This document shows positions 10,134 to 20,042 of a stretch of DNA of 36,556 nt, piece by piece. The number at the start of each line of letters is the position of its first letter. The stretch's first letter is position 1. The position numbers were made by a program, and so were the translations under genes. Where the stretch lies: positions 1-36,556 of the forward strand of contig JBFMGO010000052.1 in the NCBI GenBank assembly GCA_040752695.1. The letters are read 5' to 3'. The DNA comes from a bacterium (GTDB lineage Bacteria; SZUA-182; DTGQ01). The notes beneath the pieces were generated by a model. That model did no database searches. It had not been told where the DNA came from and worked only from the letters and a program-made list of their open reading frames with translations.

Positions 10134-11195
10134 TTACCCCTTTTTGATTAAAAATGTCTGCCCTGATTGCATATATACAGGCGTAAAATATTGGCCTTGT
10201 TCAGATTCTAAAAACTCCTTGAGTGCCAGACGCGCACCTATCAAGTATGGGGTATGACCGGCATCTTCAGCGATAATGATGCCACCCGCTATCACCCTGG
10301 GGGACACCTTATCAAGAGCTTCTTTTACCGCATCATAGATATCCACATCGATATTCGCCAAAGCAATCTGCCTGATGGCTGATGGCAATTGCTCTTCTAT
10401 GATGTTATTTTTTATAACAAACACCGAGGGCCCATGGTTACAGTCCTGGTATTTTTCCAGCCTTTCACGTACCTTTGCAGGACCTTCCGTTTTATGTGAT
10501 CCGGCCCAGACAGCATCGGAGCTCTTCTTTGCTGCCTCATAATTGAATCCGTCAAATACATCGAGAAAGTAACAATTCCTTCTAAATTGATTTTCTTTCA
10601 TATATCTTAACGCGACGCGAGAGCTGCTCCCCCGAAAGCACCCTATTTCCACATAATCGCCCCCTAAGGAAGAGGTAATATCAATCGCCTGGATGAGATT
10701 GATAAAGTCGTATGGTCCGGTATCCCATTTGGCAAAACCTTCGTTAACCTGATCGATATACTCTTTTTCAAGTACTGTTCTTGCCTTGTCGTTAATATTT
10801 ATATACAGGGAAGGCGTTATCACCGAAACCGGGAAAAACGAACCGCCTTTTAAAACTATGTGTTGAATAAAGGGCAAACCGATTTCATCTGAATCGCAGG
10901 CATAAATAAAGATGGTATTTTTAAAATCAAAACCATCTAAATAATCAATGGCTGTGTTTCTACAATTCAGCCATGGTAAAGGCGCTAAATTAATATATCC
11001 ATCTCCGAGAATAACAATATCTTTTTGGGGAGCTTTTTTTTTAAGATTTTCGAATGTCTTCTTAACGGAATTACAACTGAATTTTGGTGGAAACAGATTG
11101 AAATATTTAGATTTTATATATTTTTTTTTCACATAGTGCCTTAGATTGGCGGGGACTAAATTTTTTGATATATTTTTTATTTGTTGAATCGGCAT
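10134..11195 (-). CDS. TylF/MycF/NovP-family sugar O-methyltransferase with an N-terminal extension
   Basis: GDYVEIGCFRGSS, LDVFDGF, NIDVDIYD and GGIIIAED motifs. Confidence 0.8.
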   Translation of the reverse strand: MPIQQIKNISKNLVPANLRHYVKKKYIKSKYFNLFPPKFSCNSVKKTFENLKKKAPQKDIVILGDGYINLAPLPWLNCRNTAIDYLDGFDFKNTIFIYACDSDEIGLPFIQHIVLKGGSFFPVSVITPSLYININDKARTVLEKEYIDQVNEGFAKWDTGPYDFINLIQAIDITSSLGGDYVEIGCFRGSSSRVALRYMKENQFRRNCYFLDVFDGFNYEAAKKSSDAVWAGSHKTEGPAKVRERLEKYQDCNHGPSVFVIKNNIIEEQLPSAIRQIALANIDVDIYDAVKEALDKVSPRVIAGGIIIAEDAGHTPYLIGARLALKEFLESEQGQYFTPVYMQSGQTFLIKKG

Positions 11196-11271
11196 GATTA
11201 TTATACCTCACAATCTCATTATTTTAGTTCACGACCCGACTGCCTTTCGACGGTCAGGTATGATCTCATTA

Positions 11272-12141
11272 TCATTGGGGATAGAATAATAATGACTTAA
11301 AAATTTTTGTCCAAGAATAAGTTATTGAAAATAAATATTTTATCGGGAATAATATCAATATTATTACCTTTAAAATAAGATTTTTAGGTATTGTTATATA
11401 AAATGAGTAATATTTAATATAATCAATTAAAAATAGAGTTTTAAACATCTCCACAGATCCTGATTTTCTCATTATTTTCGATTCAGTATCTTTTATTCTC
11501 TTATACAATTTAATAGATTGATCAGTAATGATTTCTCCATATTGTGCCAAGTCAAAAATAAAGTGCATATCTACAAAGTATGTATCTTGAGAAGACAACT
11601 TATTCTGATGAGCCTTAAGAAAGGAAAGATTATAAATGCCGTAAAACACATTTGCTTTACCATAGGCTTCCTGGCGAAGAAAAAACTGAATAAGCCTGAG
11701 AGTTTTATTTTTACTAAACGGATAATATTTATAAGTTCTTACTACCTTCCCATCGGTATTTATACTCATTACATGGCCAAAGGAAACAGCCGCATTTTCT
11801 CTGAAATTTATAAGAGCTTTTTCTATCCAGTTAGAATCCCACTTATCATCGTGTGCTGCCCACATAAAGTATTGGCCGTCAGCCTGTTTTAAAACAAAAT
11901 TAAAATTAAAGAGAGCGCCTTTATTTTCCGGTTGTCGAAAATACCGTATCCTTTTATCATTCTTTCCATATTCCCTGCAAATCATGCCCGTCCTGTCTGT
12001 TGACGCATTATCTGAAATAATGAGCTCAAAGTCGGTAAAGGTCTGAGCCAGTAGGGAGTCAAGTGCCTCACGGATGAATTTTTCCCCATTATATACCGGC
12101 ATTCCGATGCTGACCTTTGGTGTATGATTATTTTCCTGCAA
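11272..12141 (-). CDS. Glycosyltransferase family 2
   Basis: KVSIGMPVYNGEKF, ISDNASTD and MWAAHDD motifs. Start moved from 12249 to the TTG at 12141, which follows a GAGGAG RBS and overlaps the end of wzx. Confidence 0.9.
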   Translation of the reverse strand: MQENNHTPKVSIGMPVYNGEKFIREALDSLLAQTFTDFELIISDNASTDRTGMICREYGKNDKRIRYFRQPENKGALFNFNFVLKQADGQYFMWAAHDDKWDSNWIEKALINFRENAAVSFGHVMSINTDGKVVRTYKYYPFSKNKTLRLIQFFLRQEAYGKANVFYGIYNLSFLKAHQNKLSSQDTYFVDMHFIFDLAQYGEIITDQSIKLYKRIKDTESKIMRKSGSVEMFKTLFLIDYIKYYSFYITIPKNLILKVIILILFPIKYLFSITYSWTKIFKSLLFYPQ

Positions 12142-13660
12142 TTGATACTCCTCTATGATATACCTTAAGCCTGGTAACTCTTTGAACAATCCAAAAGCGG
12201 GTACAAGGGGTGCATAGGGCTGATGCAAACAACGTAGTAACTGAAACACAGGCTAAATATATACACATCGTATACTTCAACAATCCATCCGGAGTAAATA
12301 TCCGCCAGAATAATGCAATGACCAGAGCCGCCAGGAGGGGCATTCCCACATCTTGAATAAACCATCGCCATTGTTCCCCTTTAAGCAGCCGTGAATGCAT
12401 AATCTGAATAATAACTAATACGTAGCTCACGTTCAGGATAACCCAGGCACTCGCTGCTCCGATTGCGCTGTAATAGCTGGCAAGAAAGTAAATGGCGGGA
12501 ACAAGAACCAGGGATGCAATGATATTCGTATACAATACCAGTTTTGTCCAGGCATGGGCTAATTGAAGAGCATAGGGGAGGTCCATCAATCCGTTGATGG
12601 CAGTACCTATAATCAGAACGCTCAATATGCGATGCGTATTTGCTACAGCTTCCGGATTACCCGTCCAGAGGAGCAAAAGTTCCGAAGAAAAAAGAGAAAC
12701 CACGAGCGCGGCAGGCAGGATCATTACCGACATAAATTGGCAGCTTTTGTGGTATAATTCTTTTAAGCCGTCTTGATCATGCAAGCTTACCAATTGAGAA
12801 AATCGGGGAAACACAGCCTCGAAGACAGGCCCGATAAAACGACACAGCATGCTTGCCGAAACTGTAGCCAGGGTATAGTACCCGAACATTTTCAAAGGCA
12901 ATACCTTGCTCAAAACAATCTTATCCATTTGAGTGAGAATAATGGCTGTAACGGAAATACCGGTCATTCCTGCTGCAAAACGCCAGATACGACGCAGCGA
13001 TTCTTTCTGAAAACGAGGACGATGACCGCTTTTCGGCAGATTGCGCCATAAAAAGACAGCCATCGTAAAAGAATAAATCATACCTGCAAAAGCCTGCCAA
13101 GTGAAAAATGTCTGTATGGTGGGGGAAATCCTCCAGAGGATGAGAATGGCGCCAAGCCCTCGCAAAATAGCGGCGGTAATATCTATGCCATTTAAGAGCA
13201 CCTGCTTTTGAAGACCATGCAAACCGCCTGAATAAAAGCTGAGCGGCCATCGAAAAGCTATTACTCCACCCATTATCATTATCGCCTGTTGAACTGCCAC
13301 GGGTGATAAATCCACTCCCTTGATCCAGTAACGGGCAATAGGTCCTGCCAGGCTAACTACTGCCAAACCGACAAAAATGGCAATGCTCCAATAGATAACT
13401 TCCATTGTCCTGACCATACAACGCATCTCGTGGGCTTTGTCAGGCATTACAGAAAGCCTTGCCAGTTCCCTGTTCAAGGTTGTGCTCATACCCATATCAA
13501 ACAGATTGGAAAAAACTTCCAAGGAAGAAAAAATACCTACCAGTCCATAAGCCTCAATGCCCATGAACTTTATATACAGGGGGACGAGCACGAGAGATAG
13601 TAAAGCAGTACACGCTTTGCCTCCGAAATTTGCAATGATGTTTTGTTTTAAGAGTGACAT
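12128..13660 (-). CDS. wzx: Wzx-type polysaccharide flippase (MOP superfamily)
   Basis: 510 aa with about 12-14 hydrophobic segments; LKQNIIANF, GIEAYG, TQMDKIVLSK and FGYYTLA motifs. Confidence 0.9.
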   Translation of the reverse strand: MSLLKQNIIANFGGKACTALLSLVLVPLYIKFMGIEAYGLVGIFSSLEVFSNLFDMGMSTTLNRELARLSVMPDKAHEMRCMVRTMEVIYWSIAIFVGLAVVSLAGPIARYWIKGVDLSPVAVQQAIMIMGGVIAFRWPLSFYSGGLHGLQKQVLLNGIDITAAILRGLGAILILWRISPTIQTFFTWQAFAGMIYSFTMAVFLWRNLPKSGHRPRFQKESLRRIWRFAAGMTGISVTAIILTQMDKIVLSKVLPLKMFGYYTLATVSASMLCRFIGPVFEAVFPRFSQLVSLHDQDGLKELYHKSCQFMSVMILPAALVVSLFSSELLLLWTGNPEAVANTHRILSVLIIGTAINGLMDLPYALQLAHAWTKLVLYTNIIASLVLVPAIYFLASYYSAIGAASAWVILNVSYVLVIIQIMHSRLLKGEQWRWFIQDVGMPLLAALVIALFWRIFTPDGLLKYTMCIYLACVSVTTLFASALCTPCTRFWIVQRVTRLKVYHRGVSIAGK

Positions 13661-13683
13661 AAGAGATTAAGGATTGAAATCGT

Positions 13684-14448
13684 TTATCCGATTCTCCTGA
13701 TAAACCCCCCTGGCCAATATGTTATCCTTTCAGTAATACTCCCTTCATTAAACAAAAACTGGGGCTCTTCCATAGTAAAACAGGGGTTCTTCTCTATAAA
13801 CTCAATGGCGGCTCTTTTTGGGTTATTCCTGAGCCAATCTGGTTGAGTACGAGGAGCACCTGTCAGTTGCTCCATAATTCCATCCATCACAACAATGTAG
13901 GAGCCAACGGTTACGAGGGAAGCGTAAGAGTCCAACTCTGCAAGGACATGTTCCTTATCATGGCGCGAATCTAAAAGGACAAGAACTTTTTCTCCCGGTT
14001 TAATTTGCCCTTTTATCTCATTGACAACAGCAGTATCCACAGAGTCGCCTTCTATCAGGGTAATGAAAGGGAATAACGGATGGGACTCAATCGCTTTTCT
14101 GTTATGAGGACGGATTTCGATATCTACACCAATAACCCTCCCTTTATCCATGGCCTTGCAAAGGCTCGCATAAAAGATGAGGGAACCTCCGTGAGCAATT
14201 CCTGTCTCGATAATCACATCCGGTTTTGTTGAAAAGATAATTTCCTGGATTCGGATCAGGTCTTCGGGCAGCTGTATGATGGGTCTCCCAAACCATGTGA
14301 AGCTGTAAACATACTTATTGTCCCACCCACACCGCAACCATGCTTTTGAAATATGAGAAAATGCCTCTTGTGAAGCGAGAGGATATATGGTCACACCCTT
14401 CTCGTCTTCTACAGTTAGTTCACTCTTTTTAAGATCAATTTTTATCAT
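13684..14448 (-). CDS. CmcI (cephalosporin hydroxylase) family SAM-dependent methyltransferase
   Basis: FTWFGRPIIQLPED, KPDVIIETGIAHGGS, GVDIEIR and LDSRHDKEHVLAEL motifs. Confidence 0.92.
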   Translation of the reverse strand: MIKIDLKKSELTVEDEKGVTIYPLASQEAFSHISKAWLRCGWDNKYVYSFTWFGRPIIQLPEDLIRIQEIIFSTKPDVIIETGIAHGGSLIFYASLCKAMDKGRVIGVDIEIRPHNRKAIESHPLFPFITLIEGDSVDTAVVNEIKGQIKPGEKVLVLLDSRHDKEHVLAELDSYASLVTVGSYIVVMDGIMEQLTGAPRTQPDWLRNNPKRAAIEFIEKNPCFTMEEPQFLFNEGSITERITYWPGGFIRRIG

Positions 14449-14513
14449 GCCTTCCTCCGTGAAACACTATTTACTTGGCGTGAAACATTATTTAATATGT
14501 TGAATTTTTAGAA

Positions 14514-15170
14514 TTACTCTGCCGGGAGCCACAACATATGGACGAGACTTCGCTCACTAGATTGCACTGAAATATCTTCAACCCAACAGATTTTGTTTTT
14601 TTCTTCAACTCTACGAAGAGGAATCCGCCTTATTTCATGAAATCCTGATTTACGATAAAATTCCAAGGCCGTATTGTCTGACAACACTCGAACTCCCAAG
14701 GTATTGAGTCCAAGCTGCCTCCGTGCCCAGATGAGCATTGTCCGAAGGGTTAGACTCATTATTCCCCGCGGGGCTTCTGCGCCCCTGACGACAGCGTCAG
14801 CTTCGCCCGATGCTTTCTCCCAGTCTATAAAATCTAATCCCATATAGCCAAAGGTGCGCCCGAACAAATCATCAACCATGAATAAAATCTTGGTATCACC
14901 AGGGCCAACCAGATTTACGAGCCAGTCAGAAGTTTGTTTCTCATTTGCCTCAAATTCAGTAAGGAATGACCTTACAAAGCGGTTGCGCCACTTTGTGAGA
15001 CAACTGATATCTTTTGCATCAAGAAAATCAGGTTGTGTTGCTACCGGTCTGAGTAATACCGGGTTTGGAGAAAACACAGGTATACACAGCGGTGGCCCTT
15101 TGGAATTAGCGGTATCTTTCATTACGCGCACAAGATACTTACCATCTGAATTATTGGATGTATTCATCAT
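14514..15170 (-). CDS. GNAT-family N-acyltransferase
   Basis: WRN motif and VLSDNTALEFYRKSGF (GNAT motif B). Start moved from 15218 to the ATG at 15170 (upstream AGGGA) to avoid overlap with the aminotransferase. Confidence 0.75.
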   Translation of the reverse strand: MMNTSNNSDGKYLVRVMKDTANSKGPPLCIPVFSPNPVLLRPVATQPDFLDAKDISCLTKWRNRFVRSFLTEFEANEKQTSDWLVNLVGPGDTKILFMVDDLFGRTFGYMGLDFIDWEKASGEADAVVRGAEAPRGIMSLTLRTMLIWARRQLGLNTLGVRVLSDNTALEFYRKSGFHEIRRIPLRRVEEKNKICWVEDISVQSSERSLVHMLWLPAE

Positions 15171-15183
15171 AACAGTAAAATCC

Positions 15184-16323
15184 CTATAGGCTAAAAAAAC
15201 GATAGATACTGTCGGCAATTCTCTCGATCGTATCCGTTTCCATATATGACCAGAGTGGTAAGGTCATAATCTCACATCCGATCCGGTCAGTTATGGGAAT
15301 AGAATCAGCCCCACGGCAATCTTTAAGCCAGGTAAACCTGTTTCCGGTCATCCAATGGATTCCTGTCTCAATGCCCTGTTCTTTCAAGTAAGCCATCAAT
15401 TTTTCACGCTTGCCATCCAAGACCCTGATAACGTAATTAAAAGGACTTACATCCTTATACGATGTGCGGGGTGTAACAATCCCCGGACATTCACTCAATA
15501 AGCGGTTGTAAAGCAAACAATATCTTTGACGATTTATTATGAACTCCGGCAGTTTCTGAAGCTGGCTTAATCCAATGCTGGCATGGAGATTAGCCAGATG
15601 ATACCTGAAGCCTTGTTTATACACGTCATATTTATAAGCACGGCTGTTTGAGTAGAGCTGATTATTACTCTGTGTCATCCCAAGCAGTCTGGCGGGATAC
15701 AGGCTATCGGCCTCCTCTTCGTCATTGACAACTACAGCCCCGCCATCGATACAGGTGAGGGTTTTGATAGCATCGAAACTGTAGCAAACCAGGTCTCCGT
15801 AACTTCCGACTCTTTTTCCATTTATCTGTGTTCCGATAGCGTGGGCAGCATCCTCTATTACCCGAAGTCCACGTTTACGAGCCAGGTCTAAAACATCACC
15901 GATTCGGCAGGGGATCCCCGAATAGTGCAGTACAATGATGGCCTTCGTCTTAGGACCAATCACTAGATCTATCTTATGAGGGTCAATCCCAAGGTCCTCT
16001 TCGGAAATATCGCAAAACACCGGACGTGCCCCGCACATGCCGATAGCCTGAAAATCGCCAATATTGTTTAAAGCAGGTGTAATGACCTCATCACCATCCT
16101 TGACACCGGCGATCAAAAGGGCCAAATGTAATGCTGAGGTGCATGTATTGACAGCAACGAGCTTTCTGCTGCCGCCAATCTCTAAAAAGCGGGAAAGTTC
16201 CTCTTCGAACTGATTTACATAACTCCCCATCCCTAGCCATCCCAGCTCTAAGGCATCGACGGCGGCTTTCATTGTGTCCGACCCGATATAGGGTTTAAAT
16301 AGAGGTATCATTTTGTCTTGCAT
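15184..16323 (-). CDS. DegT/DnrJ/EryC1/StrS PLP-dependent sugar aminotransferase
   Basis: NTCTSALHLAL, VIEDAAHAIG, SFDAIKTLTCIDGG (PLP lysine) and LPLW motifs. Confidence 0.93.
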   Translation of the reverse strand: MQDKMIPLFKPYIGSDTMKAAVDALELGWLGMGSYVNQFEEELSRFLEIGGSRKLVAVNTCTSALHLALLIAGVKDGDEVITPALNNIGDFQAIGMCGARPVFCDISEEDLGIDPHKIDLVIGPKTKAIIVLHYSGIPCRIGDVLDLARKRGLRVIEDAAHAIGTQINGKRVGSYGDLVCYSFDAIKTLTCIDGGAVVVNDEEEADSLYPARLLGMTQSNNQLYSNSRAYKYDVYKQGFRYHLANLHASIGLSQLQKLPEFIINRQRYCLLYNRLLSECPGIVTPRTSYKDVSPFNYVIRVLDGKREKLMAYLKEQGIETGIHWMTGNRFTWLKDCRGADSIPITDRIGCEIMTLPLWSYMETDTIERIADSIYRFFSL

Positions 16324-16363
16324 AAGAGTCCTCTTTTCAATAAAAAATTCGACTCCAAAGGAT

Positions 16364-16894
16364 TTACCCTGAAAAAAAGGGATATGATTTATCCCGGTCT
16401 GAAAGCGTTACATTTTTCAAAGGCCACTCGATCCCAAATATCGGGTCATCCCATCTCACTCCATAAGCGCATTCTGGATAATAAAACTCGGACATCTGAT
16501 AAAAGATCTCGGTTTTATCCTCCAGTGCCTGAAAGCCATGCGCGAAACCTTTCGGGATATAGAACATTTTATGATTTTCAGCACATAACTCCCCGGCATG
16601 CCATTGACCATAGGTAGGAGAATCGGGCCGCAGATCTATCATTACATCGTAGATCGCCCCCCTGATACAGCTCACGAGCTTGGCTTCTTCATGCGGGGCC
16701 GCCTGGTAATGCATGCCGCGAAGTGTGCCTTTCTTTTTGTTGTAAGAAATATTGCACTGAACAATCGTAAAATCGATGCCCTGTTTTTCGAACTCTTTCC
16801 TGCACCAATACCGGCCGAAAAAGCCCCGCTCGTCATATATTGGCTCAACCTCGATACTATAAGCACCTTTTAACCTGGTTTCCGTAAATTTCAT
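16364..16894 (-). CDS. rfbC: NDP-4-keto-6-deoxyglucose 3,5-epimerase (RmlC/RfbC family)
   Basis: DERGFF, GTLRGMHYQ, EAKLVSCIRG, IPKGFAHGFQ and WDDP motifs. Confidence 0.93.
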   Translation of the reverse strand: MKFTETRLKGAYSIEVEPIYDERGFFGRYWCRKEFEKQGIDFTIVQCNISYNKKKGTLRGMHYQAAPHEEAKLVSCIRGAIYDVMIDLRPDSPTYGQWHAGELCAENHKMFYIPKGFAHGFQALEDKTEIFYQMSEFYYPECAYGVRWDDPIFGIEWPLKNVTLSDRDKSYPFFSG

Positions 16895-18126
16895 GAAATG
16901 ACTTCCACCTCAGGTATCAAGATGACAAACTTTCCGCCCCATTCTCGAATATATCCCATTTGGTTCATTATCTCATCCTTGAGATTCCAGGGAAGAATGG
17001 CCAGATAATCCGGTTTTGTTTCCCTTATCCTGTCCGGGTGTTCAATGGGAATATGAGTGCCCGGCAGGAAGTGCCCCTGCTTGTGAAGGCTGAGGTCCAC
17101 GGTATAGTCTAAAAAATCGGTACGTATTCCGCAGTAATTGAGGATGGTGTTGCCTTTAGCCGGAGCGCCATAACCGGCAATCCTTTTGCCTTCACTCTTC
17201 AAGGCAATGAAAAATTTGAGAATTTTCCGCTTTGTTTCTTTTACCCTTTCGGCAAAATCCTGATAGGTTTTAAGGTCGGCCATGCCAAAAGCCTCTTCTT
17301 TGCGTTTTAATCCCGCTACCCGGTCTGTAACGGCCCTGGAAGTATCTTCCTTATGCCGGGCGTAAATTCTCAGGGAGCCGCCGTGAGTAAGCACTTCTTC
17401 AACATCGAACAGGATGAGTCCATGAGCGTCGAATACCTTTTCCACCGTGGTGAATGAAAAATACGAGAAGTGTTCGTGGTAAATGGTGTCGAATTGCTTC
17501 CCTGCCATCAACCGCATAAGGTGAGGAAATTCCATGGTGATCACGCCCCGCGGTTTCAGGAGTATACTCATTCCTTCAACGAAATCATTGAGATCGGGGA
17601 CATGGGCCAGCACATTGTTGCCCACGAGCAAATCGGCTTGTTTCCCCTTCACGGTCAGTTCCCTGGCCGCTTCTACGCCGAAAAATGCAGTCACCGTAGG
17701 GATTCCCTTTTCTTCCGCCACCCTGGCTGCATTCACTGCGGGCTCAACCCCAAGAACATTGATCCCTTTGTTTCTGAAATATTGAAGAAGATATCCGTCA
17801 TTACTGGCCAACTCGACAACAAGCTGTGCCCGATTCAGCCCAAAGCGCTGAATCATCCGTTCCGTGTAGTCTTTGGCATGCTTCAGCCAGGTATCGGAAT
17901 AGGAAGAAAAATAGGCATAGTCACGAAAAATATTTTCCGGGCTTTCAAATTCTTCCAACTGGACCAGAAAACAGTTGTTACATACATATGCATGGAGCGG
18001 ATAAAAGCGCTCCATATCCTGTAAATGTTTCTTCTCCAAATAGGCGTTCGAAAGGGGGGACATCCCTAGGTCAACAAAAGAATGCCTTAACGGCTGGGCA
18101 CAAAAACGGCATTTTTTATTTCTCAT
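16891..18126 (-). CDS. NDP-hexose 3-C-methyltransferase (Zn-binding, SAM-dependent)
   Basis: CRFC...CNNC zinc site, ELASNDG, NNVLAHVPD, FDTIYHEH, HGGSLR and GYGAPAKGN motifs. Confidence 0.92.
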   Translation of the reverse strand: MRNKKCRFCAQPLRHSFVDLGMSPLSNAYLEKKHLQDMERFYPLHAYVCNNCFLVQLEEFESPENIFRDYAYFSSYSDTWLKHAKDYTERMIQRFGLNRAQLVVELASNDGYLLQYFRNKGINVLGVEPAVNAARVAEEKGIPTVTAFFGVEAARELTVKGKQADLLVGNNVLAHVPDLNDFVEGMSILLKPRGVITMEFPHLMRLMAGKQFDTIYHEHFSYFSFTTVEKVFDAHGLILFDVEEVLTHGGSLRIYARHKEDTSRAVTDRVAGLKRKEEAFGMADLKTYQDFAERVKETKRKILKFFIALKSEGKRIAGYGAPAKGNTILNYCGIRTDFLDYTVDLSLHKQGHFLPGTHIPIEHPDRIRETKPDYLAILPWNLKDEIMNQMGYIREWGGKFVILIPEVEVIS

Positions 18127-19217
18127 TGTCTCACCAGATTATGGTAATGATTAATTTGTGATTCGGTAAGCTTCCGAACAGATGATGGATCGCTTTTGTA
18201 AGTTCGATACCAGTCCACCGTAAGCTCAAGGGCCTGCTCGATGCTCAACTGCGGAGTCCACCCCAACCTTATTTTGGCTTTTGAATAATCCAGTTTTAGA
18301 TAATTGGCCTCATGCGGATGCATGCCGTCATCCAACTCAAACTGCACGCCGTCCTGGCCAAACCTTTGTCCGATATGTTCCACGATCCACAGGACCGCTT
18401 TGATATCACGGTCGGATGGTCCGAAGTTCCAGCTTTCGGCATATTTTGAACCATCGGCGAAAAGCTTTTCAGCTAACAGGAGATAGCCTGCGAGTGGTTC
18501 CAGTACATGCTGCCAGGGACGAGTGGCATGAGGGCTGCGAATACGAAAGGTGCGCTTTTCGAGAAAGGCTTTCATCATATCGGGAATTAAACGGTCTTGA
18601 GCCCAATCACCTCCGCCTATGACATTTCCCGCCCGCGCCGACGCCAGGGCTATGCCATGCCGGTCAAACGTTCCCGGAGGAAAGAAAGAATTTCTAAAGG
18701 CTGCGGTGATCAATTCCGAGCAGCCTTTACTGCTCGAATACGGGTCAAATCCTCCCATGGGATCTTCTTCCCGGTACCCCCAGAGCCATTCTCTATTTTC
18801 ATAGCACTTGTCGCTGGTCACGTTTATAACGGTGCATACCCGGTCTGCCTGGCGGATGGCCTCAAGGAGGTAAACCGTACCCATAATATTGGTAGAATAG
18901 GTTTCAATCGGCTCCTGATACGAGCGCCGCACCAGAGCCTGGGCCGCCAGGTGAAAAACGATTTCCGGAGAGGAGGTTTCAATCACTTTTTTCAGATGAT
19001 CGAAGTCCCTGATGTCACCTTCTACGGAGGTCATCCCTTCGGCTACCCCGGCCAGTTCGTACATGTTGGGAATAGTCGGTGCAGAAAGAGAATACCCCGT
19101 GACCTCGGCACCCAGCATCTTGAGCCAGAGCGACAGCCAGGATCCCTTAAAACCGGTATGCCCGGTGATCAGAACCCGTTTTCCCTTCCAAAAGGCTTCG
19201 GTTACCATACCTTCCAT
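18123..19217 (-). CDS. rfbG: CDP-glucose 4,6-dehydratase
   Basis: TGHTGFKGSW, HLAAQALVR, TSDKCYEN, YSSSK, RAGNVIGGGDW and RPWQHVLEPL motifs. Start moved from 19286 to the ATG at 19217 (MEGMVTEAFW). Confidence 0.95.
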   Translation of the reverse strand: MEGMVTEAFWKGKRVLITGHTGFKGSWLSLWLKMLGAEVTGYSLSAPTIPNMYELAGVAEGMTSVEGDIRDFDHLKKVIETSSPEIVFHLAAQALVRRSYQEPIETYSTNIMGTVYLLEAIRQADRVCTVINVTSDKCYENREWLWGYREEDPMGGFDPYSSSKGCSELITAAFRNSFFPPGTFDRHGIALASARAGNVIGGGDWAQDRLIPDMMKAFLEKRTFRIRSPHATRPWQHVLEPLAGYLLLAEKLFADGSKYAESWNFGPSDRDIKAVLWIVEHIGQRFGQDGVQFELDDGMHPHEANYLKLDYSKAKIRLGWTPQLSIEQALELTVDWYRTYKSDPSSVRKLTESQINHYHNLVRQ

Positions 19218-19978
19218 GCAGCCTTGTTTTCTTTCCACAACCTGTTCAGGTAATCCATGTCCCTTAAGGTATCCATGCAGGCCCAAAATCCTTTATGTTC
19301 GTACACCATAAGTTCCCCCTCCCGCGCTATTTGCTCTAAGGGGCCGCTCTCTAAATCACAGCGATCATCCGGCAGAAGGTAATCGAAAATACGTCTGTTA
19401 AAAACAAAGAATCCTCCGCTGATAAGGCCGCTGCCATCTTCCGGTTTCTCTGTGAAGGCCACTGCCTGATTCCCGTTGACCTTGAGTTCCCCAAAACGCG
19501 AAGCAGCATTGACACCCGTTACGGTAGCCAGTTTTCCATGGCTGCGATGAAAGGCCAAAAGATCGTTGATATCGATGTCAGACAAACCGTCACCGTACGT
19601 CATCATGAACTCGTCATCGGTTATGTATTTTTCCACTCTTTTTAACCGGGCACCTTTTAGTGCATCGTTACCGGTATCCGCCAGCGTAACAGTCCATCCA
19701 TTTTCTTCGTGGCATTGGTAAATATGCGTCTTTTCGGGATGCCCCAGGGCAAGAGTTACATCGTTATTCATAATCTCGTAATGGAAAAAATAATCTTTGA
19801 TCATTGAACCCTTATAGCCCAGGGCAAGGATGAAACTCTTATAGCCAAAATGAGCATAATGTTTCATGATATGCCAAAGGATCGGGCGGGTGCCGATATT
19901 GACCATCGGTTTTGGACGGAACTCGGTTTCTTCGCGAAGGCGTGTGCCGAAACCTCCACACAGGATTACCACCTTCAT
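19202..19978 (-). CDS. rfbF: Glucose-1-phosphate cytidylyltransferase
   Basis: MKVVILCGGFGTRLREET..PKPM, LGYKG, TYGDG and GFWACMDTLRD motifs. Start moved from 20056 to the ATG at 19978. Confidence 0.95.
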   Translation of the reverse strand: MKVVILCGGFGTRLREETEFRPKPMVNIGTRPILWHIMKHYAHFGYKSFILALGYKGSMIKDYFFHYEIMNNDVTLALGHPEKTHIYQCHEENGWTVTLADTGNDALKGARLKRVEKYITDDEFMMTYGDGLSDIDINDLLAFHRSHGKLATVTGVNAASRFGELKVNGNQAVAFTEKPEDGSGLISGGFFVFNRRIFDYLLPDDRCDLESGPLEQIAREGELMVYEHKGFWACMDTLRDMDYLNRLWKENKAAWKVW

Positions 19979-20042
19979 ACCTTCCCCCTCGTCTTTGCCA
20001 TCCCCCTCAAATTTTAAGGGACCGTTTTTAGTTGCATTGGAT

